Source: a virus
Taxonomy: Duplodnaviria > Caudoviricetes
Length of the DNA stretch: 64,000 nt
Virus record (IMG/VR): IMGVR_UViG_2885593961_000002
Location: 14,432-78,431 of that record
Reading direction: 5' to 3' (one strand)
The notes beneath the pieces are model-generated. The model was not told the origin of the DNA. It made no database searches and saw only the letters and a program-made list of their open reading frames with translations. Below, piece after piece: positions 55,488 through 63,668 of the stretch; position 1 is the first letter of the stretch, and each line of letters opens with the position of its first letter. The translations under genes and the position numbers were made by a program.

Positions 55488-55825
55488 GCGATCAACAAGC
55501 TACCCCCCTGATGAACGAAGGCCAGATGATGCACCACGTGCTGACGCAACAGCGCAATGAGCTGGCGGATCGCCTCGCTCACGCGAGCGTTGCAGCGGGT
55601 CAAGCCGAACAGCAATTGCAAGCTCTGGCTTCGGCAAACGCAACTCTGCAATCTGTGCTCGACGAGGCGAATGCCGCGCTCGAAGCGACGAAGAGCGCGC
55701 TGGTCGAGAGCCAATCGCGCGCCCATCGGCTTCAAATGAGCCTCGACGACGCCAACCGGAAGCTTTCCGCGCAGCCGCGTTCGGTTGAAGCCGCCCCCTC
55801 GTCGGTTGATCCGATACCCGCGTAA
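55484..55825 (+). CDS. coiled-coil protein (113 aa)
   Basis: Heptad-rich; 4-bp overlap with the radical SAM gene. Confidence 0.75.
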   Translation: MSDQQATPLMNEGQMMHHVLTQQRNELADRLAHASVAAGQAEQQLQALASANATLQSVLDEANAALEATKSALVESQSRAHRLQMSLDDANRKLSAQPRSVEAAPSSVDPIPA

Positions 55826-55839
55826 CTACATGAAGTTGG

Positions 55840-55873
55840 TGCTAAGTGAACCACTTAGGTTCACTTAGCATTT
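55840..55873 (+). terminator. 13-bp perfect hairpin closing the fibre unit
   Basis: TGCTAAGTGAACC-ACTTA-GGTTCACTTAGCA followed by TTT; short U tract. Confidence 0.55.
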
Positions 55874-55888
55874 CGAGTGCAAAACTCT

Positions 55889-55918
55889 TTGTGTCTGCGT
55901 AAACCCCAACCTTAAAAT
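55889..55918 (+). promoter_or_regulatory. sigma70-like lysis promoter
   Basis: TTGTGT-18-TAAAAT preceded by AAAACTC. Confidence 0.5.
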
Positions 55919-55951
55919 TCTCGGCACTCACCACCACCACACGAGTCCGAG

Positions 55952-56485
55952 ATGTCTATTACGTCCGACCAGCTTCGGAAGCTCTGGACGCACGCACCGA
56001 TCGACAGATGCGCCACGTACGCGCCCCTGCTCTCGGACGCGATGGCGAAGTTCGAGATCGATACCCCGGAAGAGATCGTCGAGTTCCTGGCTCAGATCTC
56101 GCATGAGTCAGCCGAGGGGCGCTACACGCTGGAGATCGCCAGCGGACAAGCATACGAGGGACGCAAGGACCTCGGCAACACGCAACCGGGCGACGGCGTT
56201 CGCTACAAGGGCCGCGGCCTGATCCAATGTACCGGTCGGATCAACTACCTGCTGATGGGCATGCTGCTTGACCTCGACCTGATCGCGCACCCGGAACTGC
56301 TGGAGCAACCGCAGTACGCGTGCCTCAGTGCTGCTGCCTTCTGGTGGAACCACAAGCTCGACAACCTCGCGTTGAAGAGGAACTTCATCGCGGTCACGAA
56401 GGTGATCAACGGCGGCACGAACGGTCTCGCGGATCGTCAAGCGTATCTCGCGCTCGCACGAAAGGTCATTCCGGGAGCCGCCTAA
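55952..56485 (+). CDS. endolysin, glycoside hydrolase family 19
   Basis: FLAQISHES, YEGRKDLGNTQPGDG.RYKGRGLIQ.TGR.NY, SAAAFWW, TKVINGGTNG..DR. Confidence 0.95.
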   Translation: MSITSDQLRKLWTHAPIDRCATYAPLLSDAMAKFEIDTPEEIVEFLAQISHESAEGRYTLEIASGQAYEGRKDLGNTQPGDGVRYKGRGLIQCTGRINYLLMGMLLDLDLIAHPELLEQPQYACLSAAAFWWNHKLDNLALKRNFIAVTKVINGGTNGLADRQAYLALARKVIPGAA

Positions 56486-56898
56486 TGACGACTCGCAACG
56501 GTGACTTCTTCGCCCGCCTCGGCTTCACGACATGGGTGCTTGTTGTCGTCGTGCTTTCGAGGTGCCACGCAAGTTCGATCCCCGCCGCGACGATGCAACA
56601 CGGCGGCTGGTTCTTTACTGTCTTGCTGCTCGTTGCCGGCGCACTGCTTCTGGTCGACATCGTGGTCAATGACTTGATGCCCGACCGATACGTTTTCACG
56701 TGGGGGTTGAAGTGGCGTCATTGGGTTTATCCGATGGCGTCGTTCTCCTTTGCGTCTCATCTGTTCGTTGCTGAGCAGGCTTACAAGAGTGTGCAGATAA
56801 GCGCCCTCGTTCTCTATGGCTCGATGGCTGTGTTTGGCCTGACGCTGAGTTTTCGCAATCTTTTTCACGTACGGGGTCGAGCGTGCAGCGAACGATAA
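56485..56898 (+). CDS. membrane protein, holin or antiholin candidate
   Basis: About 4 hydrophobic segments; TAATG coupling to the endolysin gene. Confidence 0.65.
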   Translation: MTTRNGDFFARLGFTTWVLVVVVLSRCHASSIPAATMQHGGWFFTVLLLVAGALLLVDIVVNDLMPDRYVFTWGLKWRHWVYPMASFSFASHLFVAEQAYKSVQISALVLYGSMAVFGLTLSFRNLFHVRGRACSER

Positions 56899-57278
56899 AG
56901 GTATGGGCGATGTTCCTCGCTCTCACGTGGTCTCTCGTCACCTACGCGGCAACGCGTAGCGACGTATCTTTCGGGCGGGATCTGGCCAGTATCCCCGTCA
57001 TCGCGTACGTGATCACGGTCATCCTCAGCAGCATCGGCGGCGCTGCGTCGACGCTGCAAAAGCTGTCGAACGCCGAAGATCTGTCGCGCTGGAAGCTGCA
57101 CGTCGCGCGAGACATGGTCTCCTCGATCGCAGCCGGCTTGCTTATGTTCTTCATCGCCGAATCGTTCCGCTGGGATTCCGCTCAGGAGGCCGCGGCCATC
57201 ACAGTCGCCGGGTACGGCAGCTCGAAGCTGTTCGACGCGGTCATGACCCGCATTCTGCAAAAGGTGGATACCGCATGA
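56883..57278 (+). CDS. holin candidate
   Basis: 3-4 TM helices; SIGGAAS and AGYGSSKL motifs. Confidence 0.7.
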   Translation: MQRTIKVWAMFLALTWSLVTYAATRSDVSFGRDLASIPVIAYVITVILSSIGGAASTLQKLSNAEDLSRWKLHVARDMVSSIAAGLLMFFIAESFRWDSAQEAAAITVAGYGSSKLFDAVMTRILQKVDTA

Positions 57279-57790
57279 AATTGACCACCATTGCCGCGCT
57301 CTGCGCCGCTCTCCTGAGCGGTGCTGGCGCTTTCTACTTCACCCGCGACCACTACGTTGCGCTCATGGCCGAGAACGACGATCGGCAGCAGAAAGCCGTG
57401 CGTGCCGCTCAAGAGCGGGCGGACGCGGTAGCGGCATTCGCTACCACAACGTCGAACCTGCTGGTCACGCGGATCTCGACCGATTACGAAAGGAAGCTCA
57501 ACGATGCGAAGTCTCAAGCCGACCGCGACATTGCTGCTGCCCGCGCTGGTGCTCTGCGCCTGCGCGACCGAGCCGCAACCTGTGGCAATCAATCGACCCA
57601 AGGTACAGCTGGCCCCGGTGCCGGCATATCTGCTGACACCGGAGGAGCCGAACTTTCGCTGCCGGCTACTGAGTTTCTTCTCAGCGAAGCCGGCCGAGCA
57701 GACGGAATCGTGCTCAAGCTCAACGCCTGCGAAGCGGTCGTCCGGAGCGACCGAGACGTTCTCGATCGTTTGAATGCAGGTGCGCAATGA
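57275..57790 (+). CDS. Rz: inner-membrane spanin
   Basis: N-terminal TM helix, coiled coil, GALRLR, ADGIV..L.ACEA. Confidence 0.88.
   Translation: MKLTTIAALCAALLSGAGAFYFTRDHYVALMAENDDRQQKAVRAAQERADAVAAFATTTSNLLVTRISTDYERKLNDAKSQADRDIAAARAGALRLRDRAATCGNQSTQGTAGPGAGISADTGGAELSLPATEFLLSEAGRADGIVLKLNACEAVVRSDRDVLDRLNAGAQ
57504..57773 (+). CDS. Rz1: outer-membrane spanin lipoprotein embedded in Rz
   Basis: Lipobox LCAC, Pro-rich (P.PAYLLTP), lies fully inside Rz in another frame. Confidence 0.85.
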   Translation: MRSLKPTATLLLPALVLCACATEPQPVAINRPKVQLAPVPAYLLTPEEPNFRCRLLSFFSAKPAEQTESCSSSTPAKRSSGATETFSIV

Positions 57791-58404
57791 TCGCCGCCCC
57801 TCTCCCGCTCGCCCCGACCAATCCTGACGGTCAGCCGCTCGTCTTGATGATGAGTCCGGTCTACAACAATCTCGGACAGCTTACCCCGATGAAACTGCTC
57901 TACGGCCGCGGAGCGCCGGCCAATAACGTCGGTAACGACGGCGACTCGTACATCAACCTGGACAACAGCTTCATGTTCGGCCCGAAGACGGGCGGTGTCT
58001 GGCCGAGCGGCTACAGCATCAAAGGCGACAAGGGCGACAAAGGCGATACCGGCGACGTCAACAAGACGCCGATCGCGCGCATGAACGTGACCGGCAACGG
58101 TCTCGACCTGGACCTGTCGACCGGCATCGGCTGTTTCAACGCGACGATCAACTCCCCGCAGACGGCTATCACGATCAGCAACCCGGCCACCGATGCGAAC
58201 TTCGTCCGCTCGTTCTCGCTCGTGCTCAAGCAGGGCACCGGCTCGAACAAGGTCAGCACTTGGCCGGCGATTATCAAATGGAACGGTGGCGTCGCACCCG
58301 TCCTGTCGTACGCACAAGGTGTGAGCGACGCCTTCATGTTTGAAACCTACGACGGTGGCAAGTCGTACGTCGGCTACTTCGTCGGCAACAACATTCCTGC
58401 GTAA
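57787..58404 (+). CDS. virion fibre-type protein with short collagen-like stretch
   Basis: G.GAP...GNDGD.YI, KGDKGDKGD, C-terminal LVLKQG.G...TWP..IKW.GG.AP.LS. Confidence 0.75.
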   Translation: MIAAPLPLAPTNPDGQPLVLMMSPVYNNLGQLTPMKLLYGRGAPANNVGNDGDSYINLDNSFMFGPKTGGVWPSGYSIKGDKGDKGDTGDVNKTPIARMNVTGNGLDLDLSTGIGCFNATINSPQTAITISNPATDANFVRSFSLVLKQGTGSNKVSTWPAIIKWNGGVAPVLSYAQGVSDAFMFETYDGGKSYVGYFVGNNIPA

Positions 58405-61218
58405 ATGAACCGGCTCTACCTGTCCCGTCAGTCCCTCAACCAGCTCGCCGCGAATGCGAACTCGATGCTGGATGGCCTCATGCAGTTCGTGGATCGTCAC
58501 ACGAAAGACGACCCTGACACGGGTCAGGACTACATGATCGTCAACAGCAAGAGCGTGCTTTGCAACAACATGCACTACGAGACGGGGAGCGTCTGGTACA
58601 CCCCGAATGGCACGGCCACGACCGAAGGTCAGGCCCTGTACATCCTCGGCCTCTACTACGCATGGAAGGGCACCGGCAAGCGCTCCTACCTCGACCGCGC
58701 CGTGCGCGCCATCGACGCGTACCTCGATCTGTTCTATGCCGGCCAGTCGACACCGACCACGCCGCAGATCTACCGTGCGAACTGGATCATCAACGGCAAG
58801 CGCCCGTTCCAGGCCTTCGGCCCGCTGGACCCGAACAACCCGGATAGCCCCGGTGGCAAGGGTGTCCAGGTTCAGTTCACGAACGGGGTGGGCCAGATCC
58901 CGACCGGCGATCCGTATAACGGCCAGCTCATCACGCGACTCTACTCCGTCTACAACGGAAAGCTCTCGTACGACTCAGTGCGCTCGGGGGTCAATGCTGG
59001 CGGCACGGTCTACCCGTTCGCTTCGTACGTAACGTACGACGGCGTACGGCACAACGCCGATCAGGATCCGATCGACCCGAACGGCGACGCGCCGGGGACG
59101 ATTCGCCTCGTCGACGCGACGTTCACGGGCACGGCACTGGTCAACTACGCGAACATGACCGGCCCGATGATCGGTCGCAACCAACCGTTCGACGTCTGGC
59201 CGATCTGGATGGCGCTGACGCCCGACCAGTGGGGCAATTCAATCGACTCGGAGCAGTGGTTTGCCGAAGCCTGCTACTTGATGTTCCAGGAGACTGGCAA
59301 TCCCCGCTACTTCAACGCATTCAACGCGTCGATCTATACGATCAACGACGCGACGGACCTTCAAGCTGACGGATTCTATTTCCGCCAGGATTCGAGGGCA
59401 GCGGACCCGTTTAACGTGGGCATCGCGTACGACTGGGAATACCTCGGCGACGCGAAGGCGACGGTCAATCGCGACAGCAGCGGTTACATCCACGTGTCGA
59501 AGACCGCTGAATCGAATGTGAACAAGGAGAGCACGGTCGCGCTCGAACAGATCGCCGTCTACACGCGCATCGACTCCAGCAAGACGGCGATGGTCAACAC
59601 CATCGGCATCAACACGCCGAAGGCGCGCATCGAGTTCCTGACGCGGATGAAGACCGACCTCCTGAGCGCCGGCCGGCAGTATCGCTTTGCCCTGCCCTCG
59701 AACGGTAGCGTGACGCCGACGCCGATGGTGGTTCCGTTCGGCCAGATGGTCACGGCCACGCAATCGGACGGCCAGCAGCACGCCATGCTCGACGGTTCGA
59801 GCTTCGTGCCGTACGGCAACGCCGGCTACACCACCACGTACGAGGGCGGCATCCTCGGCGACGCTGGCCGCGCTGACTGGATCGGCACGGCCAACATCAA
59901 TGACGGCACTTCCGGTGTCGTCGCCGGCTTCTGGCTCGCAACACCGACCACCCGCGCCCTCACGTCGTTGACGTACCGGGTGAACAGCGGCGAGATCTGG
60001 TTGAAGGTCACGGACGCGCTTGGCAATAAGTATCAGCGCGTGCTGCCCTCCGGTGGCTGGACCACACTGCCGCTGAGTTGGTCAGACTTCACGCTCGTGC
60101 CGAATCAGGCGGCAGGCACACCGGCCGCACCGACGCCGAATGGTGCGATGACGCAGATCGAATTCATCACGAACAACGGCCAAGGCGGCTCGATCTCGAC
60201 GTACTGCTGGGGCGAGATCCCGCAGAAGCTCGTGTCGGTCAACGACTACTCGACCGAGTGGTTCATCCATGTGAAATGCCAGCCGGCGATGGAGATGGCA
60301 GTGGGAGACGTGTATGCGTCCAATCCCGCCCCCCTCGCGCTGAAATACACACCTGGAGTGCTTCCATTCACGACGAAGTATTCAGTCTCTCGCGCGCGGA
60401 AGGATTACTGGCGAGGCACACCGTACACCGGCTACCAGTATGGGCCGATGTGGGTGCTCTCGGGCAAGACCCAGTATTACACCAACTGCATCGCCTTCTA
60501 CTACGACGCTCAGGAAGCGTACGCGAAGAAGATCGGCGTCATGGGTCCGGTTGCGCCGCTATATGTATGGCCACGCTATGACCAGCTCGATCAAGGCCCC
60601 ATCGACACGTTCGCATGGGGTACGGACAAGCCGTACCCGTGGGCGGGATACAACGCGCGCGCGTTCTTTGCAGGTTGCCGGATGTGGCAGTTGCTCGTGC
60701 AGCAAGGTTTCCCTGTCGATACCCGACTCATCACGTTTTGTGAGCGCTACGCGAAGTATCTGGCTGACTTCCAGGATGCAAACGACAACCTGACGCCAAC
60801 TGAATTTCCACCCGACAAGCCGGCGTTCAACGATGACTACGACCACACCGGCCATATGACGGCGCTGTACATGGCAGGTGCTGTCTGTATGAAGTTCGCC
60901 GGCTCGAAGTCGGCCTACGTCGATCGTGTGATCAACGGCTGCATGGTCGAATTTACACGCACGCAGGTGATCGAAGACCCGACTGGTCCCTACTCCGACA
61001 TGAGCGGTGCCTATTCAAGCTGGTCACACGGACACTACTTCTACGGGTTTTGGGCGGGCGAAATCATGCGCGCGCTAGGTCTTTTAATGATGTGGAACCT
61101 ACGCAACCAACAAGGTGCAGGCATCCAAATCGAAGAATCGAACATCCTGCTTGAAAACGCATCTGGCCATATCGCCGCAGAAGACGGCACCTTGATCAAA
61201 ACAGAGACCTCCCTATGA
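58405..61218 (+). CDS. putative polysaccharide depolymerase, GH8-like (alpha/alpha)6 barrel with inserted beta/CBM domains
   Basis: TTEGQALYILG (compare GH8 SEGQGY), NSIDSEQWFA (compare ATDGD..IA), CBM11-like W.T..L.WSDF segment. Confidence 0.6.
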   Translation: MNRLYLSRQSLNQLAANANSMLDGLMQFVDRHTKDDPDTGQDYMIVNSKSVLCNNMHYETGSVWYTPNGTATTEGQALYILGLYYAWKGTGKRSYLDRAVRAIDAYLDLFYAGQSTPTTPQIYRANWIINGKRPFQAFGPLDPNNPDSPGGKGVQVQFTNGVGQIPTGDPYNGQLITRLYSVYNGKLSYDSVRSGVNAGGTVYPFASYVTYDGVRHNADQDPIDPNGDAPGTIRLVDATFTGTALVNYANMTGPMIGRNQPFDVWPIWMALTPDQWGNSIDSEQWFAEACYLMFQETGNPRYFNAFNASIYTINDATDLQADGFYFRQDSRAADPFNVGIAYDWEYLGDAKATVNRDSSGYIHVSKTAESNVNKESTVALEQIAVYTRIDSSKTAMVNTIGINTPKARIEFLTRMKTDLLSAGRQYRFALPSNGSVTPTPMVVPFGQMVTATQSDGQQHAMLDGSSFVPYGNAGYTTTYEGGILGDAGRADWIGTANINDGTSGVVAGFWLATPTTRALTSLTYRVNSGEIWLKVTDALGNKYQRVLPSGGWTTLPLSWSDFTLVPNQAAGTPAAPTPNGAMTQIEFITNNGQGGSISTYCWGEIPQKLVSVNDYSTEWFIHVKCQPAMEMAVGDVYASNPAPLALKYTPGVLPFTTKYSVSRARKDYWRGTPYTGYQYGPMWVLSGKTQYYTNCIAFYYDAQEAYAKKIGVMGPVAPLYVWPRYDQLDQGPIDTFAWGTDKPYPWAGYNARAFFAGCRMWQLLVQQGFPVDTRLITFCERYAKYLADFQDANDNLTPTEFPPDKPAFNDDYDHTGHMTALYMAGAVCMKFAGSKSAYVDRVINGCMVEFTRTQVIEDPTGPYSDMSGAYSSWSHGHYFYGFWAGEIMRALGLLMMWNLRNQQGAGIQIEESNILLENASGHIAAEDGTLIKTETSL

Positions 61219-62333
61219 GCGACATGAAAATCTCGGAGTTCAACGAACTCCAGAATCCAGTTGATGATGCAATGCTCGCGGGGGCATACGGCGGCAACAA
61301 CTTCAAGTTGAAGCTCTCGACACTGCGCGCGTGGTTCGGAGTGGTGACGCAGAAAGCAGCCGGCTTCATGAGCGCTGACGATAAGACCAAGCTCGACGGT
61401 ATTGCATCACAAGCGACAAAGAACAGCGCGGATTCGACGCTTCTGAACCGACAGAACCACACCGGCCAGCAAGACGCGAGCACCGTGACCGGTCTCGCGA
61501 AAGTGGCAACGAGTGGTAGCTATAAGGACCTGAAAGATGCCCCGTCCACGGGCATCCCGGTCGCAACGAACACGCAGCTTGGTGGCGTGAAGCTCGGTCC
61601 CGGCCAGACAACCGATGGGGATGGCACGTTGCGGATCTCGCGCTTCGCCGAGCGTGCAGCATTCGATCCGGTAATGAAGGCCGGCACGGTAGCGCTCTCG
61701 AACAACAACCTGACCGCTACCGTCCCTGGCGGTAAGCAAGTCGTAGCGCTCGGAACGACCGGCATGAAGGCCGGCAAGTGGTACTTCGAGACCACGTTCG
61801 TCTCGGGCACGTCGAGCGGGAACGCCTCCGTTGGCGTGTGCCCGCGCAACGAGGCGATGGACGCTCAGGTCGGATATGACGACGGCCAGGGGACGATCGG
61901 GAAGTTCCAGTCGAGCGGCAACGTGTATCGAGACGGCGGCACGAACTCCGGGTCCGGCGCGGCATTCAACGTCGCAGGGGACACGGTCGGCGTAGCGATC
62001 GACGCGTCGTCGCGCACGGCATGGTTCCGAGTCAACGGCGGCGTCTGGAACGGTAGCGCCACAAATAACCCGGCGACGGGTGTCGGTGGCTACCCGATTG
62101 GCGGCACGTTCCCCCTTTTCCCTGCCGTCTGCTCGGACGTCGCGTCAGTGTGGACCGTGAATTTCAGCGGACCTTTCGCAGCCGCGGCACCTGATGGCTT
62201 CATCCCGTGGTCGCAAGGCAGCTTGCAGCTCTCACTTGGGGATTGCGCTGACGTCGATCTGACCGGAGCAAAAACCGGCGACATGCTGAAGCTCTCAGCA
62301 AATGGGGTTTGGAAACCATCCTCGGTTGTGTGA
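61215..62333 (+). CDS. fibre-like protein with SPRY/B30.2 domain
   Basis: MKISEF N-terminus; AGFMSADDKTKLDGIA, LLNRQNHTG and VATSGSY.DL fibre motifs; SPRY GKWYFE...GDTVGVAID...WFRVNG. Confidence 0.8.
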   Translation: MSDMKISEFNELQNPVDDAMLAGAYGGNNFKLKLSTLRAWFGVVTQKAAGFMSADDKTKLDGIASQATKNSADSTLLNRQNHTGQQDASTVTGLAKVATSGSYKDLKDAPSTGIPVATNTQLGGVKLGPGQTTDGDGTLRISRFAERAAFDPVMKAGTVALSNNNLTATVPGGKQVVALGTTGMKAGKWYFETTFVSGTSSGNASVGVCPRNEAMDAQVGYDDGQGTIGKFQSSGNVYRDGGTNSGSGAAFNVAGDTVGVAIDASSRTAWFRVNGGVWNGSATNNPATGVGGYPIGGTFPLFPAVCSDVASVWTVNFSGPFAAAAPDGFIPWSQGSLQLSLGDCADVDLTGAKTGDMLKLSANGVWKPSSVV

Positions 62334-62457
62334 GCCTCAAGGTTTCCGTCGTGTGATCAACTACTCATTGAAGAGGACGATATAGCGCCCCTCGGGAATA
62401 TTGAGATAAATTACGCAGCCACGCGACTAAGATCGTGGATTCTGAGAGGGCCAAACA

Positions 62458-63030
62458 ATGCAAAGAAGAATCGCGTCTGTAGGGGATGTTCTATCTAGTG
62501 GCGGCACCGTTCTACCTGCGGCGGGGCCGCCGATGACCTTCATGGGCCACCAAGTTGCCCTGATTGGCGGACAAGCCTTTTGCACAGCATGTAAGAGCAA
62601 CGGCGTCATTGCTAAGTCCGGGGGACCCTACCGCATACAGTTCGTAGCGGAGATTGCCCTGGACGGCGACATCGTCATGTGTAAATGCCCGCGACCTCCA
62701 CGGATTATTGCGGCGCTTAGCGGCGAGTCGTGGTGCGATGACAACTTAGGCGGTAGCGGTCAGCACACCTCTTCCGGTTTCGCCGCTGCGGGCGTCGCCG
62801 CTGCTGGCGCTGTTGCGTCCAACCTGGTCGAGCCGTACGACGAACAAGTGAAAGTGACGGCTGATGGTCCGGAGGGCTACCCCTACTACATCGAGACTAC
62901 GGATGGTCGTGTCTTCCAAGGGCGTCTCGATGCAAGCGGCATGTTACCGCGCGTCCATACGGGCCACAGTGCAGACGACTACACGGTCTACTGGGGTGAC
63001 GATGCAATCGCTAAGCAGAATGAGGCTTAA
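62458..63030 (+). CDS. PAAR-domain protein with C-terminal extension
   Basis: VGD..SSGG.V, VA..G....CTACKS.G.I, ALDGD...CKCP.PPR.IA. Confidence 0.88.
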   Translation: MQRRIASVGDVLSSGGTVLPAAGPPMTFMGHQVALIGGQAFCTACKSNGVIAKSGGPYRIQFVAEIALDGDIVMCKCPRPPRIIAALSGESWCDDNLGGSGQHTSSGFAAAGVAAAGAVASNLVEPYDEQVKVTADGPEGYPYYIETTDGRVFQGRLDASGMLPRVHTGHSADDYTVYWGDDAIAKQNEA

Positions 63031-63032
63031 CC

Positions 63033-63668
63033 ATGCCGAACAAACCGTTGAAGGTACGCTCGAACAGTACGCGTGACTCGGTCAAGCCAACTCAACTGAA
63101 GTCAATTACGTTTCAAGAGCTTTGGAACGCCTACCCGAGCAAAGACCCGTACGACGATAAGACAGGTCAATACGAGAACCAGTGTGCCATCCGCATGAGC
63201 GTCACCTTTCACAACATCGGAAGCGATATGAAGTCGTTTTCGCAGAAGGTCGTGAAGCCCATGCCTGGAAAGAAGGAGCTGGGCCGTCTCATGCTAAACG
63301 ACAAGCCTACGGCAACTCGTGCTTATGAACTTGCCGAGTGGTTGAAGCTGCAACCTTTCTTGGGACTCGGCAAACCGGAAAACATCACTGGCGCGGATTG
63401 GCAGAGCAAGGTAAAAGGGCGAACGGGCATCATCTACTTTTTCGGATATTGGCGACAAGAAGGTGACTCGGGCGATAGCACTCTTACCGGTGGACACATC
63501 GACTTGTGGAACAAGGATACGCTGACCCCCAACTGGGCGTCGTTTCTGCGATTCCGAGTTGGCATGTCTTCAATGCCGAACCCGTTGTCGTGGCTTCGAG
63601 GTCGAAGAGACAACGCGTTCTCCGATCTGGCCAACTCGAAAGAAATCCTTTTTTGGGAAGTGAAATGA
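63033..63668 (+). CDS. Tae4-family T6SS peptidoglycan amidase effector
   Basis: F..LW.AYP, YENQCAIRMS (catalytic Cys), GRTGIIYF..YW, GGHIDLWN (His). Confidence 0.85.
   Translation: MPNKPLKVRSNSTRDSVKPTQLKSITFQELWNAYPSKDPYDDKTGQYENQCAIRMSVTFHNIGSDMKSFSQKVVKPMPGKKELGRLMLNDKPTATRAYELAEWLKLQPFLGLGKPENITGADWQSKVKGRTGIIYFFGYWRQEGDSGDSTLTGGHIDLWNKDTLTPNWASFLRFRVGMSSMPNPLSWLRGRRDNAFSDLANSKEILFWEVK

Noticed and set aside
536-55951. GTGGTGG tracts as Chi-like recombination sites
   Set aside because: They are not GCTGGTGG, and their orientation follows gene direction and start codons rather than a replication axis.
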